64,000 nt of DNA from Gammaproteobacteria bacterium (GCA_040375445.1 JBEISK010000004.1:2115-66114), one strand, 5' to 3'; numbered from the stretch's first letter, positions 14,845 to 26,246 are shown. Numbers and translations: made by a program. The notes: generated from the sequence alone by a model not told the origin.

Positions 14845-16272
14845 ATGTTCATGTTGATTCCCGTAATTCTTTCTGGCGGAAGCGGTACACGCTTGTGGCC
14901 CTTATCTCGCGAAGGGATGCCGAAGCAATTTTTATCCTTGCTTGAAGAGCATAGCCTTTTTCAAGAAACCCTGTTACGATTGCCGTTGGAAGGGCTTGAA
15001 ACACCTATTGTTATTGCTAATCAAGATCATCGCTTTCGTGTGGCGGAACAAATTCACGCCATGAATTTACCGCAAAGTAAAATTATTTTAGAACCTTGTG
15101 GTCGAAATACCGCCCCAGCCATCGTGGTTGCGGCGTTGATTGCTTGCTCTAATCCACAGACGAAAGAAGCCAGCCTCCTTATCTTGCCGTCTGATCATCA
15201 TATTCAAGACACCCAAGCCCTCCGTCATGCTATGGCGCACGCTGCTCGTCACGCTGAAGAAGGCAAAGTCGTTACGTTTGGGATTGTACCGACGCACCCT
15301 GCCACAGGCTACGGCTACATTCAAGCAGGCGAATCCCTTTCAGATGACCCTGAAAAAGGTTTGAAAGTCCAAGGGTTTAAAGAAAAGCCCGATGAAGCCA
15401 CTGCTCAACAATTTATTGAAGCAGGGAATTATTTCTGGAATTCGGGTATGTTTCTTGTTAAAGCCACGACGCTTTTAGAAGAAGCCGAACGCTACTGCCC
15501 TGAAGTCCTAAAATACGCTCGACAAGCCCTCGTTCAAGGATTTAAGGATTTAGACTTTATTCGTTTAGATGCTGAAAGTTTCGCTAAATGTCCCAGCATT
15601 TCCATTGATTATGCGATTATGGAAAAAACGCATAAGGCCGTGGTCGTCCCTCTTGATGCAGGTTGGAGCGATGTCGGCAATTGGGGAGCCTTGTGGGAAC
15701 TTTCCCCTCAAGACGAGCAGGGCAACGCCACCAAGGGTGATGTGATTTTACACAATGTTAAGGATGCCATGGTGCTTAGTCAAACAGCGTTGGTGACGCT
15801 ATGTGACGTGGAACATATCCTCGTTGTGCAAACGAAGGATGCGGTCTTGGTCGCGGATCGTCGTAAGGCGGAATCGGTGAAGCATGTGGTGGATGCCTTG
15901 AAAGCCCAGCATCGTAATGAGCGGTTGGAACATGTGCAAGTGTTTCGTCCGTGGGGGAGCTATGAAAACATTGTGGAAGCTCACGGTTTTAAGGCCAAAC
16001 GCATTATCGTCAACCCTCAGCAGAAGTTGTCGCTTCAAATGCACCATCACCGTGCCGAGCATTGGGTCGTCGTTAAAGGGACGGCGTTGGTCACCAATGG
16101 AGATAAGAGCTTCTTGTTGAGTCAGGACGAATCCACGTATATTCCCATTGGCACGAAGCATCGTTTAGAAAATCCGGGAAAGATACCCCTTGAAATTATC
16201 GAAGTGCAGTCGGGGTCTTATTTGGAAGAAGACGACATTGTACGTTTTGAAGATATGTACCAACGGCCATAA
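14845..16272 (+). CDS. manC: mannose-1-phosphate guanylyltransferase / mannose-6-phosphate isomerase
   Basis: The N-terminus LSGGSGTRLWPLSR indicates a nucleotidyltransferase. The C-terminus is a cupin with QMHHHRAEHW. 475 aa. Confidence 0.88.
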   Translation: MFMLIPVILSGGSGTRLWPLSREGMPKQFLSLLEEHSLFQETLLRLPLEGLETPIVIANQDHRFRVAEQIHAMNLPQSKIILEPCGRNTAPAIVVAALIACSNPQTKEASLLILPSDHHIQDTQALRHAMAHAARHAEEGKVVTFGIVPTHPATGYGYIQAGESLSDDPEKGLKVQGFKEKPDEATAQQFIEAGNYFWNSGMFLVKATTLLEEAERYCPEVLKYARQALVQGFKDLDFIRLDAESFAKCPSISIDYAIMEKTHKAVVVPLDAGWSDVGNWGALWELSPQDEQGNATKGDVILHNVKDAMVLSQTALVTLCDVEHILVVQTKDAVLVADRRKAESVKHVVDALKAQHRNERLEHVQVFRPWGSYENIVEAHGFKAKRIIVNPQQKLSLQMHHHRAEHWVVVKGTALVTNGDKSFLLSQDESTYIPIGTKHRLENPGKIPLEIIEVQSGSYLEEDDIVRFEDMYQRP

Positions 16273-16431
16273 ACGTCTTTGCTATTAGGGCTGTTCATCA
16301 GATTACAGAAGGATGAGACCATCGTCTTTTTTGACGTATATATATGTAAGTCTTATAAAACAGATCTCTGCTTTAGAAGTCAGCAGTTATTTTATGTTTT
16401 TGATAAACTAAAGCAAGATTACTCTGAAAAA

Positions 16432-18342
16432 ATGGAAACACTTATGGCACTCCACACAGAAAAAGCCGATGTCTTGGTCATCGGAGCAGGGCATGCAGGC
16501 ATTGAAGCCGCCGTTTCAGCCGCTCGCTTGGGCTGTAAAACCATTTTACTCAGCATGAACCTCGACACCATTGGACAAATGAGCTGTAACCCTTCCATTG
16601 GAGGACCTGCCAAAAGCCAGCTCGTCAAAGAAATCGATGCACTCGGTGGGGTCATGGGCTTGTGTGCCGATGCCACTTACATCCAACTGCGGATGCTCAA
16701 CATGTCCAAAGGCCCTGCGGTGAGAGCCTTACGCTCTCAAAGCGACAAAGCCAAGTATCGGGATTATGCCCGTGCGTTGGTCGAAGCCGAACCTAACTTG
16801 AAATTACGCCAAAGCACCGTGCAACGTGTGGTGGTGGATGCTCATCAAAAGGTGCTAGGCGTTGAAGACAATCTCGGTATTTTTTATGAAGCCCCTTCGG
16901 TGGTCGTGACGACAGGCACATTCTTAAACGGTAAAATCTGGATCGGTGAAAATTCTTACGGTGGCGGACGACCTGGTGATCCTGCGGCGAAAGGTTTAAC
17001 GGCATCCCTGTTAGAACTTGGGCTTGAAACAGGACGCTTGAAAACAGGCACGCCCCCTCGCTTAGACGCACGTACCATCGACTATTCCAATCTTGAAGAA
17101 CAGCACGGAGACACGCCTCATGGCTTTTTTAGCTTCATGCCGAACCGCCCCCAACTGGAACAAATCCCTTGCCACATCACACGCACCACCACAAAAACGC
17201 ACGAGATTATAAAAGCCAACATCCACCGTAGCCCCATGATGCAAGGGTTGATGGAAGCCGATTGTGGGCCACGCTACTGCCCTAGCATTGAAGACAAAGT
17301 CATGCGGTTTGCGGACAAAGACACGCATCACCTGTTTATTGAACCTGAAGGTCGTGATACCTATGAGATTTACCTGCAAGGCTTTTCGTCTTGTTTACCG
17401 CTTGATGTGCAAGTGGCGATGCTCCAAACCTTACCTGGGTTAGAGCGTGCGGAGATGTTGCGTCCTGCTTGTGCGGTAGAGTATGACTACTTTCCTGCTT
17501 ATCAATTAACGCCTGCGTTAATGGTCAAAAATGCCCAAGGCTTGTTTTTCGCAGGGCAAATCAACGGCACCAGCGGATACGAAGAAGCGGCGGCTCAAGG
17601 CTTAATCGCAGGCATTAACGCCAGTCGCTACGCAGGCGGGCAGGATCCCTTTATTTTGCCACGATCCTCATCATATATCGGCACCTTGATTGACGATTTG
17701 GTCACCAAAGAAATTAAAGAGCCGTACCGCATGCTCACCAGTCGTAGCGAATATCGCTTGTTATTGCGTCAAGACAATGCGGATTTACGCTTAACAGGCT
17801 TGGGTCGTGAAATAGGGCTTGTTCAAGCAGATCGGTGGGCGGTGTTCCAAGCTCGTCAAGTGGCGATTGCCCAAGAGCAAACCCGTTTAGCGACCACCAA
17901 AATCAAAGCCAATGACGAAAATAACCAGATTTTAAGCGACTCTTGTGGAGAACGCATCCAAGAAGGCAGTAGCTTGGAACAATTGTTGAAGCGTCCTGCC
18001 ATTACGTATGAGACGCTGATTAAGCTCAATCCAGCGTCGAAAGACGTATTGCCTGATGTGCAAGAAACGCTGGAAACAGATATTAAGTTTGCAGGCTATA
18101 TCGGCAGGCAAAGTCGAGAAAATCAACGTGTGCAGAATGCGGAGAAGGTTAAACTGCCTTTGACTGTGGATTATAATGCCATTCACCAATTGAGCTTAGA
18201 AGCTCGTGAAAAGTTAAGCAAGTTTCGCCCTGTGGATTTGGCACAAGCCAAGCGTATTTCAGGCGTTAACCCCAGCGATGTGCAGATTGTGCAAGTGTTG
18301 TTAAGTGCCGGTCGCTTGCCGATGCAACACGTATCGACGTAA
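16432..18342 (+). CDS. mnmG: tRNA uridine 5-carboxymethylaminomethyl modification enzyme MnmG (GidA)
   Basis: [18 protein letters not shown] motif and the typical GidA sequence throughout. The start was placed at ATG 16432, because the track's 16279 start adds a non-homologous leader. Confidence 0.9.
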   Translation: METLMALHTEKADVLVIGAGHAGIEAAVSAARLGCKTILLSMNLDTIGQMSCNPSIGGPAKSQLVKEIDALGGVMGLCADATYIQLRMLNMSKGPAVRALRSQSDKAKYRDYARALVEAEPNLKLRQSTVQRVVVDAHQKVLGVEDNLGIFYEAPSVVVTTGTFLNGKIWIGENSYGGGRPGDPAAKGLTASLLELGLETGRLKTGTPPRLDARTIDYSNLEEQHGDTPHGFFSFMPNRPQLEQIPCHITRTTTKTHEIIKANIHRSPMMQGLMEADCGPRYCPSIEDKVMRFADKDTHHLFIEPEGRDTYEIYLQGFSSCLPLDVQVAMLQTLPGLERAEMLRPACAVEYDYFPAYQLTPALMVKNAQGLFFAGQINGTSGYEEAAAQGLIAGINASRYAGGQDPFILPRSSSYIGTLIDDLVTKEIKEPYRMLTSRSEYRLLLRQDNADLRLTGLGREIGLVQADRWAVFQARQVAIAQEQTRLATTKIKANDENNQILSDSCGERIQEGSSLEQLLKRPAITYETLIKLNPASKDVLPDVQETLETDIKFAGYIGRQSRENQRVQNAEKVKLPLTVDYNAIHQLSLEAREKLSKFRPVDLAQAKRISGVNPSDVQIVQVLLSAGRLPMQHVST

Positions 18343-18685
18343 GCTTTCCCATTAAGGCAACCGTTTTATGCGTCTAAGCATCTATAGTATTTCAAATAAT
18401 TAACCATACTGCGTGCTTAATTATTTTAAACACTATAACAGAACTCAAGGGCTTTCTTCAATCCTTTGAGGCAAACAGTAGAACCTGATTTTTAATTTAT
18501 ATAGAAAACATTAAAATTTAGAAATCGTGGATTCTTTTAAGTCTCAAAATACTAAAAAAAGAGCATCAAAAAAACTTGAGATGCCTTAATGTCATTAACA
18601 CTTCATATTATTTGATGTAAACTGTCACTGTGAAGCTCTTTTTTCACAATTAGGCCCTTTCCTAAGCGTTAATGGTTTTTTCTTT

Positions 18686-20953
18686 ATGACTACTGGTGTC
18701 GTTTCGACTCTGAAACTCAATCTGTCTCAACATCCAGAAATAAAAGCTTTCAACGAAGAAGGCCCTAATTCTGCTAAGAAAAACCGTCGAAAACGTCATC
18801 ACGTCACTGATACCAAACAACTTGAAAGAGGGGTGATAGGTGTTGGAAGCGTGACGTTAATCGGGTTACTTGCTTTGTGGAAGCTCTGCCAAATGAGTCC
18901 AGAAAAAGGTTTATTACGTAGTATTAATGCCCAAAGTATCCCCATACTTTCAAACTTACGCCTGCCCAAAAGTAGTATGAGTTTGGTGGATATTACTTCA
19001 ACATTAATGACGTCTATTAATTCAGGGGCAAGCATCTTTTTTGCGGCGTTGACGCATCAGCATGTATTTGAAAGGATCGGGACAGAAGCTCTAACACGTC
19101 TAAGTACGCTAAGTCTTATTAAAGCCGTCAAAGGGGGTAAAAATAAGCAGGGGGTAGAATCCATTTTCAGTATTAACCGCTGGTTGTTGAATTACATGAT
19201 GGAACCCAAAAATCTGACTCGAAAAATTGACACACCTCTCAAAGAATCCGCATGGGTACAGTTTACTTCCAATTGGCGAAATACGGTGGGTTTGGCGATT
19301 CAAGAAATGTGTGGCTTAAATACGCCCTTTGAGGTGATGTTTCCCCATATTAAAGAAGCCCCCACAAAAGCGGGAACGCTTGTAGACAAAGAAATCGATG
19401 CATTTCGTCAGCGCTTGACGCTTGAAACGACGGAATTGGAGATTCATAAGGCCCTAGAAAAAGGGATTACAATAAAAAAAGACTACACAAAAGCCAAACA
19501 AGCGTTTGATGAGGCTTTAGCCCAACCTCATCAAGCGTCTACACTAACCACGCTCTACGAAGCCTTAGCGGATGCTCAATATCGCTACAACCACCATTTT
19601 AAAGATCTTCGCTATGAACACGGTGTGAATGACCCTTGGGTGGGTCGTGAAAGTCGTCATGCTTATGAAGAAGCCATCAAAGCCCTCACTGGCCATAACC
19701 CAGAACGCAACGCATTGTCTGAACAAACACGACAGTTCTGGCAAGAGTTGGATGCACCTAATGAAAAAAAGAATAAATTGACACTTATTCCACTTCCTTC
19801 CGATAAGATTGATTGGCAAAAAGCACTCACGGAACTTGGGCAGGGCGAAGCAAAAAAGAGCTTACAAGTCCTAAGAGACGACTTGAAATTAGGCAATCTG
19901 TATCCTTTACTTACAGAGCAGTTAGAGAAGGTCTTAATGTTAGAGGATGAAACGAAAGGCATCCCCAAAGATGCCAAAAGGCGTTTGGAAGATATTTTCA
20001 TGCCTTATTTAGTAAAAGAAGCCACGAAATACGCTGTCTACGATCCTGCTCATCTCGATCAGGTGAAAGCTTTGAAGAAAAAACAACCAAACATTCCAAT
20101 GCCAATCAACCTTGATGATTTAAGTGATAAAGGTACTCTTGAGCTCTTTAATGGGCTGTTGGAAGACTTCGATAGCCTCAATCCAGAACCTGAATTAGTC
20201 CGTCCACGAGAAATGGCCATGAAGGCCTATGGCATTTCAGCCCAAACACCAACAGAAGCTCAAAAATTGGAGCGTTTTAGAAAGAGGGCTCATAAACGCT
20301 TAAAAGATTATGTCGATTTAAAAGAAAAGCAAAACCTTACCCTTAATCAATTTTCTTCAGAAGCGACGCAAGCCTATAATGAGCTGATTAAAGCCGCTAT
20401 TGACGACTATATGGAAGCCCAAGCCAAAAGTTCAGACGATCTGAAGCTTGATTACTACTTAAGTCTACGCTTTGGTGAAGCTCGTTCGTTGAATACGGAA
20501 AAAGCGGGTCAAAACAAAGGGGCTCCGCCTCGTTTACTAACGGGTAAAGTCTTTAATATTTTAGACGCAGGTTTTAAGCTCAATGAACGCATTAATGATA
20601 TAGATCAATATAAAAACAATAACCTCATTAAATCCATCCTACAAGTCGGATTCCAAACAGTGGTTACGGCCTTTATATTAAGCAACGTGCTGTTCTTTAT
20701 CGTTTACAACTCCTTCTCTCGTTTGGATGCCGATTACAAAGGGCATGGTAAAATCCCTCTCAGTGATTGGATAACTTCGATTAAGGGCTTCTTAGGTCAA
20801 AAAGAAGAAACGGAAAAAGACAAAACCCCTCTAGAAGGTGATGTAAATATTTCCCTGAATTTAAACGAAAATGTAATCAAGCAAGGCAACCATACAAAGT
20901 TTCGTCGTAAGCACAAATCCCTACCCCACACGAAGGGAGAATCTACCCTATGA
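18686..20953 (+). CDS. large orphan membrane-anchored helical protein
   Basis: 755-aa ORF after a 340-bp AT-rich gap. Hydrophobic segments near both ends are VIGVGSVTLIGLLALW and VVTAFILSNVLFFIVY. No recognisable motifs. Confidence 0.6.
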   Translation: MTTGVVSTLKLNLSQHPEIKAFNEEGPNSAKKNRRKRHHVTDTKQLERGVIGVGSVTLIGLLALWKLCQMSPEKGLLRSINAQSIPILSNLRLPKSSMSLVDITSTLMTSINSGASIFFAALTHQHVFERIGTEALTRLSTLSLIKAVKGGKNKQGVESIFSINRWLLNYMMEPKNLTRKIDTPLKESAWVQFTSNWRNTVGLAIQEMCGLNTPFEVMFPHIKEAPTKAGTLVDKEIDAFRQRLTLETTELEIHKALEKGITIKKDYTKAKQAFDEALAQPHQASTLTTLYEALADAQYRYNHHFKDLRYEHGVNDPWVGRESRHAYEEAIKALTGHNPERNALSEQTRQFWQELDAPNEKKNKLTLIPLPSDKIDWQKALTELGQGEAKKSLQVLRDDLKLGNLYPLLTEQLEKVLMLEDETKGIPKDAKRRLEDIFMPYLVKEATKYAVYDPAHLDQVKALKKKQPNIPMPINLDDLSDKGTLELFNGLLEDFDSLNPEPELVRPREMAMKAYGISAQTPTEAQKLERFRKRAHKRLKDYVDLKEKQNLTLNQFSSEATQAYNELIKAAIDDYMEAQAKSSDDLKLDYYLSLRFGEARSLNTEKAGQNKGAPPRLLTGKVFNILDAGFKLNERINDIDQYKNNNLIKSILQVGFQTVVTAFILSNVLFFIVYNSFSRLDADYKGHGKIPLSDWITSIKGFLGQKEETEKDKTPLEGDVNISLNLNENVIKQGNHTKFRRKHKSLPHTKGESTL

Positions 20954-23142
20954 TGATGAGCATGCCTCAGTCTGGAACGAGTACCGTGAATGCAAATACG
21001 CAGGATCAAAAGTCGCCAGAGTATAGAGACAAAATGATGTTTCGCCTTTCTCAAGCCCTTGTGGTGGCTATTCCGCTCAGCTCTGTGCTGGCAGGTTGGA
21101 TTGAGCATCTTAAACAACCTAAGAATACGCCCACGACCTACAATGCCAACATTCACGGCATTAACCCCATGGCTCAAGAAGGGGGAAAAGGACTTCAAAA
21201 TAAGGCGAGCTTCTTAAACCAGTATTCTACCGATTTTTCTAAATCCGTACAAAGTGCGTGGCGAATCACCACTGTCTTACCGACGGATATCCTGCGTTAT
21301 GGATTTAGAGGCTTTTCACTGCTCTATATACAACCCTTACTAGAAATTGTGCGTCGTATAAGCCGTAGCTTAAGTTCCCCTATGATTCGTGAAGCCATTT
21401 TACCGACGGTAAATGGTCGTAACTTAGAAGGGGCAAGGGAGTTTTATCCTCATTTAACAAATTATGAATTTTCTGAACTTAAGAAAGAGCTAGGCGATTC
21501 ACAACTAGACCAGCTCGAAGGCTTACAAGATGCCTTAACCCAAGATTCCATGGCAAAAAATGGGGGCGATTATAAGTACCTTTCCCATGCCATGAGCGTC
21601 TTAAAGTTTCATCGAGTAAATCCTGAAACGGGCAAATACGAAACGATGCCCTTGTCTCGCTTGCCTGTATTGACAAGACATATTCGGATCATGACACAAC
21701 CCGATTCCCTGGCAGCGACCAATGCCACTTTATCGAAATATGGACTTCGAGAAATCCACAATTATAGCACCACGCAATTGGTTGACGGTCAACCCGTCCA
21801 ACTTGGTAAGGCGGCTATTCAACATGACTTATTTTCAGGACCCGTCGGGGCATATGAACATGTGGTGCATACCTTGAAATTAGGCGACTTTATGCCTGAA
21901 TATCAACAGTTTTTACAGCTAGCGAGCCAAGGACGTTTTGCCACCAATGGAACTTTTCATCGTGATGTGGCTAAGCGTTTGTTTGATATGCACACCAGTG
22001 AACCCGTGGAACGTGATTCTAGGGTCAATCATGCATTTTTAGAATACTTGTTTAAGTTTGCTAAACTTGAAGGTAAGGGCGAAGGCCAAATTCCCTTTGG
22101 TAGAGATACCTTGGGGTATATTAAACATAGCTTATTAAAAGAATTTTCCCAACCTCTTGACCCTTCTAAAATCAAAAATCCACAAGATAAAAGAACGCTA
22201 GAAAATGAACGACTGTTGAGTGTTCTAAGGAAAGTTGTAGGCAATGAATCCCTTGTTTTGGATGACAATACGACCCGAAAAATCGGGATGCATTTTGATG
22301 GAGAGGGAGCGTTGAACATCGAAAGTATGGGGATCTCTAATTTTGCGAAAGAAGTGGGTCCTCATTTAGAACGCTTGCGTACAAATGTGGAAGCGGTTGA
22401 GGCTTTATTAAACGATCCACACATAATCCCTGAACGATTCCAAGCCGAAAGTAAAAAGCTTTTAGCTGAATTTGAACTAGAACGATTACGTTTGGCAACC
22501 GTTTTCCCAAGCAGTCACCCCAAAGGCGTGGCAGCCTTGAATAAAGTCTTACAAGAAGGACTGGTTGAAAACAGTATGAAAAATGCGTATACTTTTGTCA
22601 CACAAGGGATTCGTCATTATATTGCGATTCATCATACTATTCCTTCCGCCAAGAAACGTATGATTGTACCTGAAGTGTTGTTGAATTCTATACTGGGCTT
22701 TAGTTTCTTAGGATTTTTATGGAATGCGTTGGATGTTCATCGGATTCAACCTTATGAAGCTAAAATTAGCGATACAAAAGGGGATGTAAAGGGTTCAGGC
22801 CTCATGTTGGGACTCGCTATAGTACCAGGGGCGACAATTTTTACAAGTTTGCTTGCTAGCGGAGCCTTACGCAAGTGGACACAGGATTCACCCACCCTAC
22901 GATTTGCTATATCGTCTATAGCGGGACTAGCGATCTCCTCTTTTTGTGCGTATCACTTGGTGCGTGGGAAATTAGAATCCAAGCCTGATGTAGCACAAAA
23001 AAAAGGTTTTTCATTAAAGTCTCGTGTAGAAATTTACCACACGCAGCACTCAGAAATTATTAAACAGGTAAAGAATCATCAGCGTGTGCATCGTACGAAT
23101 GAAATACGGCCTTACGCCAAGACCTTTCCTTCATTACACTAA
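20950..23142 (+). CDS. large orphan membrane protein, translationally coupled to the preceding gene
   Basis: ATGA overlap with 18686..20953. 730 aa with C-terminal hydrophobic segments LLNSILGFSFLGFLW, LMLGLAIVPGATIFTSLLA and ISSIAGLAISSFCAY. Confidence 0.6.
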   Translation: MMMSMPQSGTSTVNANTQDQKSPEYRDKMMFRLSQALVVAIPLSSVLAGWIEHLKQPKNTPTTYNANIHGINPMAQEGGKGLQNKASFLNQYSTDFSKSVQSAWRITTVLPTDILRYGFRGFSLLYIQPLLEIVRRISRSLSSPMIREAILPTVNGRNLEGAREFYPHLTNYEFSELKKELGDSQLDQLEGLQDALTQDSMAKNGGDYKYLSHAMSVLKFHRVNPETGKYETMPLSRLPVLTRHIRIMTQPDSLAATNATLSKYGLREIHNYSTTQLVDGQPVQLGKAAIQHDLFSGPVGAYEHVVHTLKLGDFMPEYQQFLQLASQGRFATNGTFHRDVAKRLFDMHTSEPVERDSRVNHAFLEYLFKFAKLEGKGEGQIPFGRDTLGYIKHSLLKEFSQPLDPSKIKNPQDKRTLENERLLSVLRKVVGNESLVLDDNTTRKIGMHFDGEGALNIESMGISNFAKEVGPHLERLRTNVEAVEALLNDPHIIPERFQAESKKLLAEFELERLRLATVFPSSHPKGVAALNKVLQEGLVENSMKNAYTFVTQGIRHYIAIHHTIPSAKKRMIVPEVLLNSILGFSFLGFLWNALDVHRIQPYEAKISDTKGDVKGSGLMLGLAIVPGATIFTSLLASGALRKWTQDSPTLRFAISSIAGLAISSFCAYHLVRGKLESKPDVAQKKGFSLKSRVEIYHTQHSEIIKQVKNHQRVHRTNEIRPYAKTFPSLH

Positions 23143-23196
23143 GCTAAAACTTAACTGAACCCCATTCAGCGTCCAGAGGCATGATTGCTTCGATTT

Positions 23197-23685
23197 TCAA
23201 ATCGATAAAAACTTCTGCGAAAGTGCTTTAAAAAGAGTTGTAACTGTCTGCTTTAAAATAGGATGCTCCCACGCGGGGGCAAGTTCAAGCATCGGCTCCA
23301 AGACAAAGGCACGATCTTGCAAACGAGGGTGCGGAATCACCAAGTCCGCCGTCTGCAAAATCAAATCCCCATAAAACAGAATATCCACATCCAAGGGGCG
23401 AGGGGCATTTAAGAGCCGAGTACCTAATGGGGGTCGTCCTGCTTGAGCTTCAAGGCACTGACAAAACGCCTGTAACGCCTTAGGAGACAAAGTGGTTTCA
23501 AGCATCACCACGCCATTAAGGAAATCGGGCGAGCCTTCGGGGCAGTGCATCGGCGAGCTAGCGTGCCACGAACTCCGCTTGAGATGCTCAATCTGCGGAT
23601 GCTTACTTAACCCTTCAACCGCTTGATTTAATTGAGTTTCAGGGTTGTTGAGATTAGAGCCAAGCCCTAAGAAAACAGTCGGCAT
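23197..23685 (-). CDS. folK: 2-amino-4-hydroxy-6-hydroxymethyldihydropteridine pyrophosphokinase
   Basis: VFLGLGSNL...RPLDVDILFY...IPHPRLQDRAFVLEPM, the typical HPPK pattern. Confidence 0.85.
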   Translation of the reverse strand: MPTVFLGLGSNLNNPETQLNQAVEGLSKHPQIEHLKRSSWHASSPMHCPEGSPDFLNGVVMLETTLSPKALQAFCQCLEAQAGRPPLGTRLLNAPRPLDVDILFYGDLILQTADLVIPHPRLQDRAFVLEPMLELAPAWEHPILKQTVTTLFKALSQKFLSI

Positions 23686-23752
23686 TTTTCGTTTGATAAT
23701 CTCTTTTGTTTATCGTAAACTACAGGTGTATTCTTGATTATAGCACGTATAA

Positions 23753-24856
23753 ATGGACACGGGGAACTCAAACATGGTGGCCTTATTTGATCGCTTAAAT
23801 GCCTTAGGACACGAAGCTGTTTTTGTTGTACAAGACGAAGAAACAGGATTAAAAGGCTTTATTGCTCTACATAATACAAGTTTAGGACCAGGCTTAGGTG
23901 GCTGTCGCATCATGAACTACCTCAGCGAAGAAGCCGCCTTTGAAGACGTCTTAAAACTTTCTGAAGCCATGACCTATAAAAATGCCTTGGCAGGTCTTCA
24001 GTACGGCGGAGGCAAAGCCGTTATTTGGCTACAACCAGGGCAACATAAAACCCCTGAACTCGTGCGAACCATGGGCAAACGTATCGGCGTCTTACGTGGA
24101 TCTTACTATACCGCCACCGATATTGGTTCAACCAGTGCGGATATGGAAATTATGAAAGAAGTGACCCCTTACGTTTCAGCATTGCCTCCTGAAAAGGGTG
24201 GTTTAGGCGATTCAGCCATTTTAACAGGCTTGGGCGTCTTTCAAGGGATTAAATCGACGGTGGCTTACCAGCACGGTCAAGACAGTTTAGAAGGCTTAAC
24301 TATTGCGATTCAAGGGGCGGGCAAGGTGGCTTACCACATGTTGACGCATTTAAAAAAAGAATATGAGCAGGCTTATTTTAATGTTATTTTGGCAGACACC
24401 TATGCCCCTGCGGTGGATCGTTGTGTCGAACTATTCCCCAGCATAAAAGTCGTTGAACCTGACGAGATTTGGCAGCTTAAGGCAGATATTCTTTCACCAA
24501 ATGCGATTGGAGGCACTTTGACCAGCGAAGTGATTGCAAATACACATGCATCCGTTATTGCAGGAGGAGCAAATAATCCCTTGGCAAATAAATCCGTGGC
24601 GGATGAAATGCGTCAAAAAGGGATTTTATTTGCCCCTGATTTTGCGATTAACTCAGGGGGTGTAATCGTGCTTTCAACAGAACTCGCAAAAGGTACACTT
24701 GAAGAAGCCACAGAAAAAACCAACGGCATTTATGAAACAGCTCAACGCATTTTTCGCGTGGCGGAAGAGCGTCAAATCAATACGCTAGATGCCGCCATTA
24801 TGCTGGCTAAAGAACGTATTAAAGAAGCGAGTGAGCGTCCCACGACGTTGGCTTAA
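23753..24856 (+). CDS. Leu/Phe/Val-type amino acid dehydrogenase
   Basis: GPGLGGCRIM...KNALAGLQYGGGKAVI and the GAGKVA Rossmann motif. An alternative start is the ATG at 23774. Confidence 0.8.
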   Translation: MDTGNSNMVALFDRLNALGHEAVFVVQDEETGLKGFIALHNTSLGPGLGGCRIMNYLSEEAAFEDVLKLSEAMTYKNALAGLQYGGGKAVIWLQPGQHKTPELVRTMGKRIGVLRGSYYTATDIGSTSADMEIMKEVTPYVSALPPEKGGLGDSAILTGLGVFQGIKSTVAYQHGQDSLEGLTIAIQGAGKVAYHMLTHLKKEYEQAYFNVILADTYAPAVDRCVELFPSIKVVEPDEIWQLKADILSPNAIGGTLTSEVIANTHASVIAGGANNPLANKSVADEMRQKGILFAPDFAINSGGVIVLSTELAKGTLEEATEKTNGIYETAQRIFRVAEERQINTLDAAIMLAKERIKEASERPTTLA

Positions 24857-24957
24857 AGAACTTTCTCTAAGTTCTAAGCGTTGGTTTTGTCTTTTTGTTT
24901 GGTGTATGTTAGACTGATACCCAGACTTTATGATTGTCTTTCCCGTGAGGCACTGAT

Positions 24958-26136
24958 TTGCATCTTTTAAACACCACTTTAAATAAACGTTCGCCCGTTT
25001 TACAAGCAGGTCTATCTCACCTTGTGCCGATATTGATGGTAGTTTTACTTGTCTTACCTGGCGTATCGCCCTTCTTGCCTGAAGCCCATGCGGTGAATAA
25101 GGTCTTACTCAAGGAAAAGAAAAAAGACCTTGATGAAAAACGCATGACTTTTCAACAAAAACGAGCTGAAAAGTTGCGTTATGTACGTTATCATCAAGAC
25201 AGGCTTATCACCAAGCAAATAGAACTTTCTCGCACACAACGAGCGCTCGAACATCAAGAAACTCAACTCCATTACACCACCTCCTCGATTGAGTACCTGC
25301 AACATGATTTAGATAGCACCATTGGTAAAGCCACTCGCTTGGGTAAGCTCATGGGTGTGCGGATTCGTCATTGGTTTAAAGGTGCTCGGGTGAGCATGGT
25401 GCAACAGGTCTTGTTGTCTGAAAGTGTTTCCGACATGGTGGATACCCTCTATTTTCAGGAACGTATTTTAAGTCAAGATGCCCGTATTTTCAACGCCCTG
25501 AAGCGAGAAACCAACGCCTTAAAAGCCAAGCAACAATCCTTATTGAGCGAACGACATAAAAAGGCAGAGTCTGTAGGCAAAATTCGTCAATTAAAAGTGA
25601 ACTTATATGCTCAAAAGGTCGAAGAAGAACGCATGAAGCAACGCTATGCCAGCGATGCCAAGTATTATGAGAAAAAAGAGCGTGAATTGTTAGCCGAATC
25701 TGAGAAAATTGAAGAACTCTTAAGAGGTTACGTTCGAGGGGTTAAAGGGTCTACAGGGCGCTTTATTTGGCCTGTTCTAGGCCGTATTACGTCAGGTTTT
25801 GGCTTCCGAATTCACCCCATTCACCGCACACGTTTGAATCACACGGGCTTGGATATTTCTCGTCCCAACGGCACGCCTGTTAAAGCATCGGATGGCGGGC
25901 GTGTGGTTATGGCAGGCTGGTACGGTGGCTACGGCAAGTGTATCATCATCAACCACGGTAAAGGACATGCGACCTTGTACGGACATTTGTCTCGTTTAGG
26001 CGTGTCTCGTGGGACGAACGTTGGCAAGGGTCAAACGATTGGAGCTGTCGGATCCACAGGCTATTCGACAGGGGCTCACTTGCACTTTGAAGTACGACTC
26101 AACGGGCGACCCGTCAATCCTAGACGTTATTTATAG
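24958..26136 (+). CDS. M23 family metallopeptidase with N-terminal coiled coil (EnvC/NlpD-like)
   Basis: HTGLDIS...GYGKCIIINHG...TLYGHLS...GSTGYSTGAHLHFEV. TTG start. Confidence 0.85.
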   Translation: MHLLNTTLNKRSPVLQAGLSHLVPILMVVLLVLPGVSPFLPEAHAVNKVLLKEKKKDLDEKRMTFQQKRAEKLRYVRYHQDRLITKQIELSRTQRALEHQETQLHYTTSSIEYLQHDLDSTIGKATRLGKLMGVRIRHWFKGARVSMVQQVLLSESVSDMVDTLYFQERILSQDARIFNALKRETNALKAKQQSLLSERHKKAESVGKIRQLKVNLYAQKVEEERMKQRYASDAKYYEKKERELLAESEKIEELLRGYVRGVKGSTGRFIWPVLGRITSGFGFRIHPIHRTRLNHTGLDISRPNGTPVKASDGGRVVMAGWYGGYGKCIIINHGKGHATLYGHLSRLGVSRGTNVGKGQTIGAVGSTGYSTGAHLHFEVRLNGRPVNPRRYL

Positions 26137-26157
26137 GCGTATAGATGACTCTATCGT

Positions 26158-26246
26158 CTTGTCATTCTGCGCGTAGTCGCAGAATCTCTACCAGCTCCCC
26201 CCATAATCTTTTAGGGAGATTCTGCAACGATGTGCAGAATGACAAG
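26158..26246. repeat. nested palindromic repeat between convergent genes
   Basis: CTTGTCATTCTGC-GCGTAGTC-GCAGAATCTC ... GAGATTCTGC-AACGATGT-GCAGAATGACAAG. The two arms are inverted copies, and each arm is itself a hairpin. Confidence 0.7.

Noticed and set aside
16279-16431. Track start of mnmG at 16279, which adds about 50 residues
   Set aside because: The added residues show no GidA homology, and the FAD-binding motif follows directly after ATG 16432/16444.
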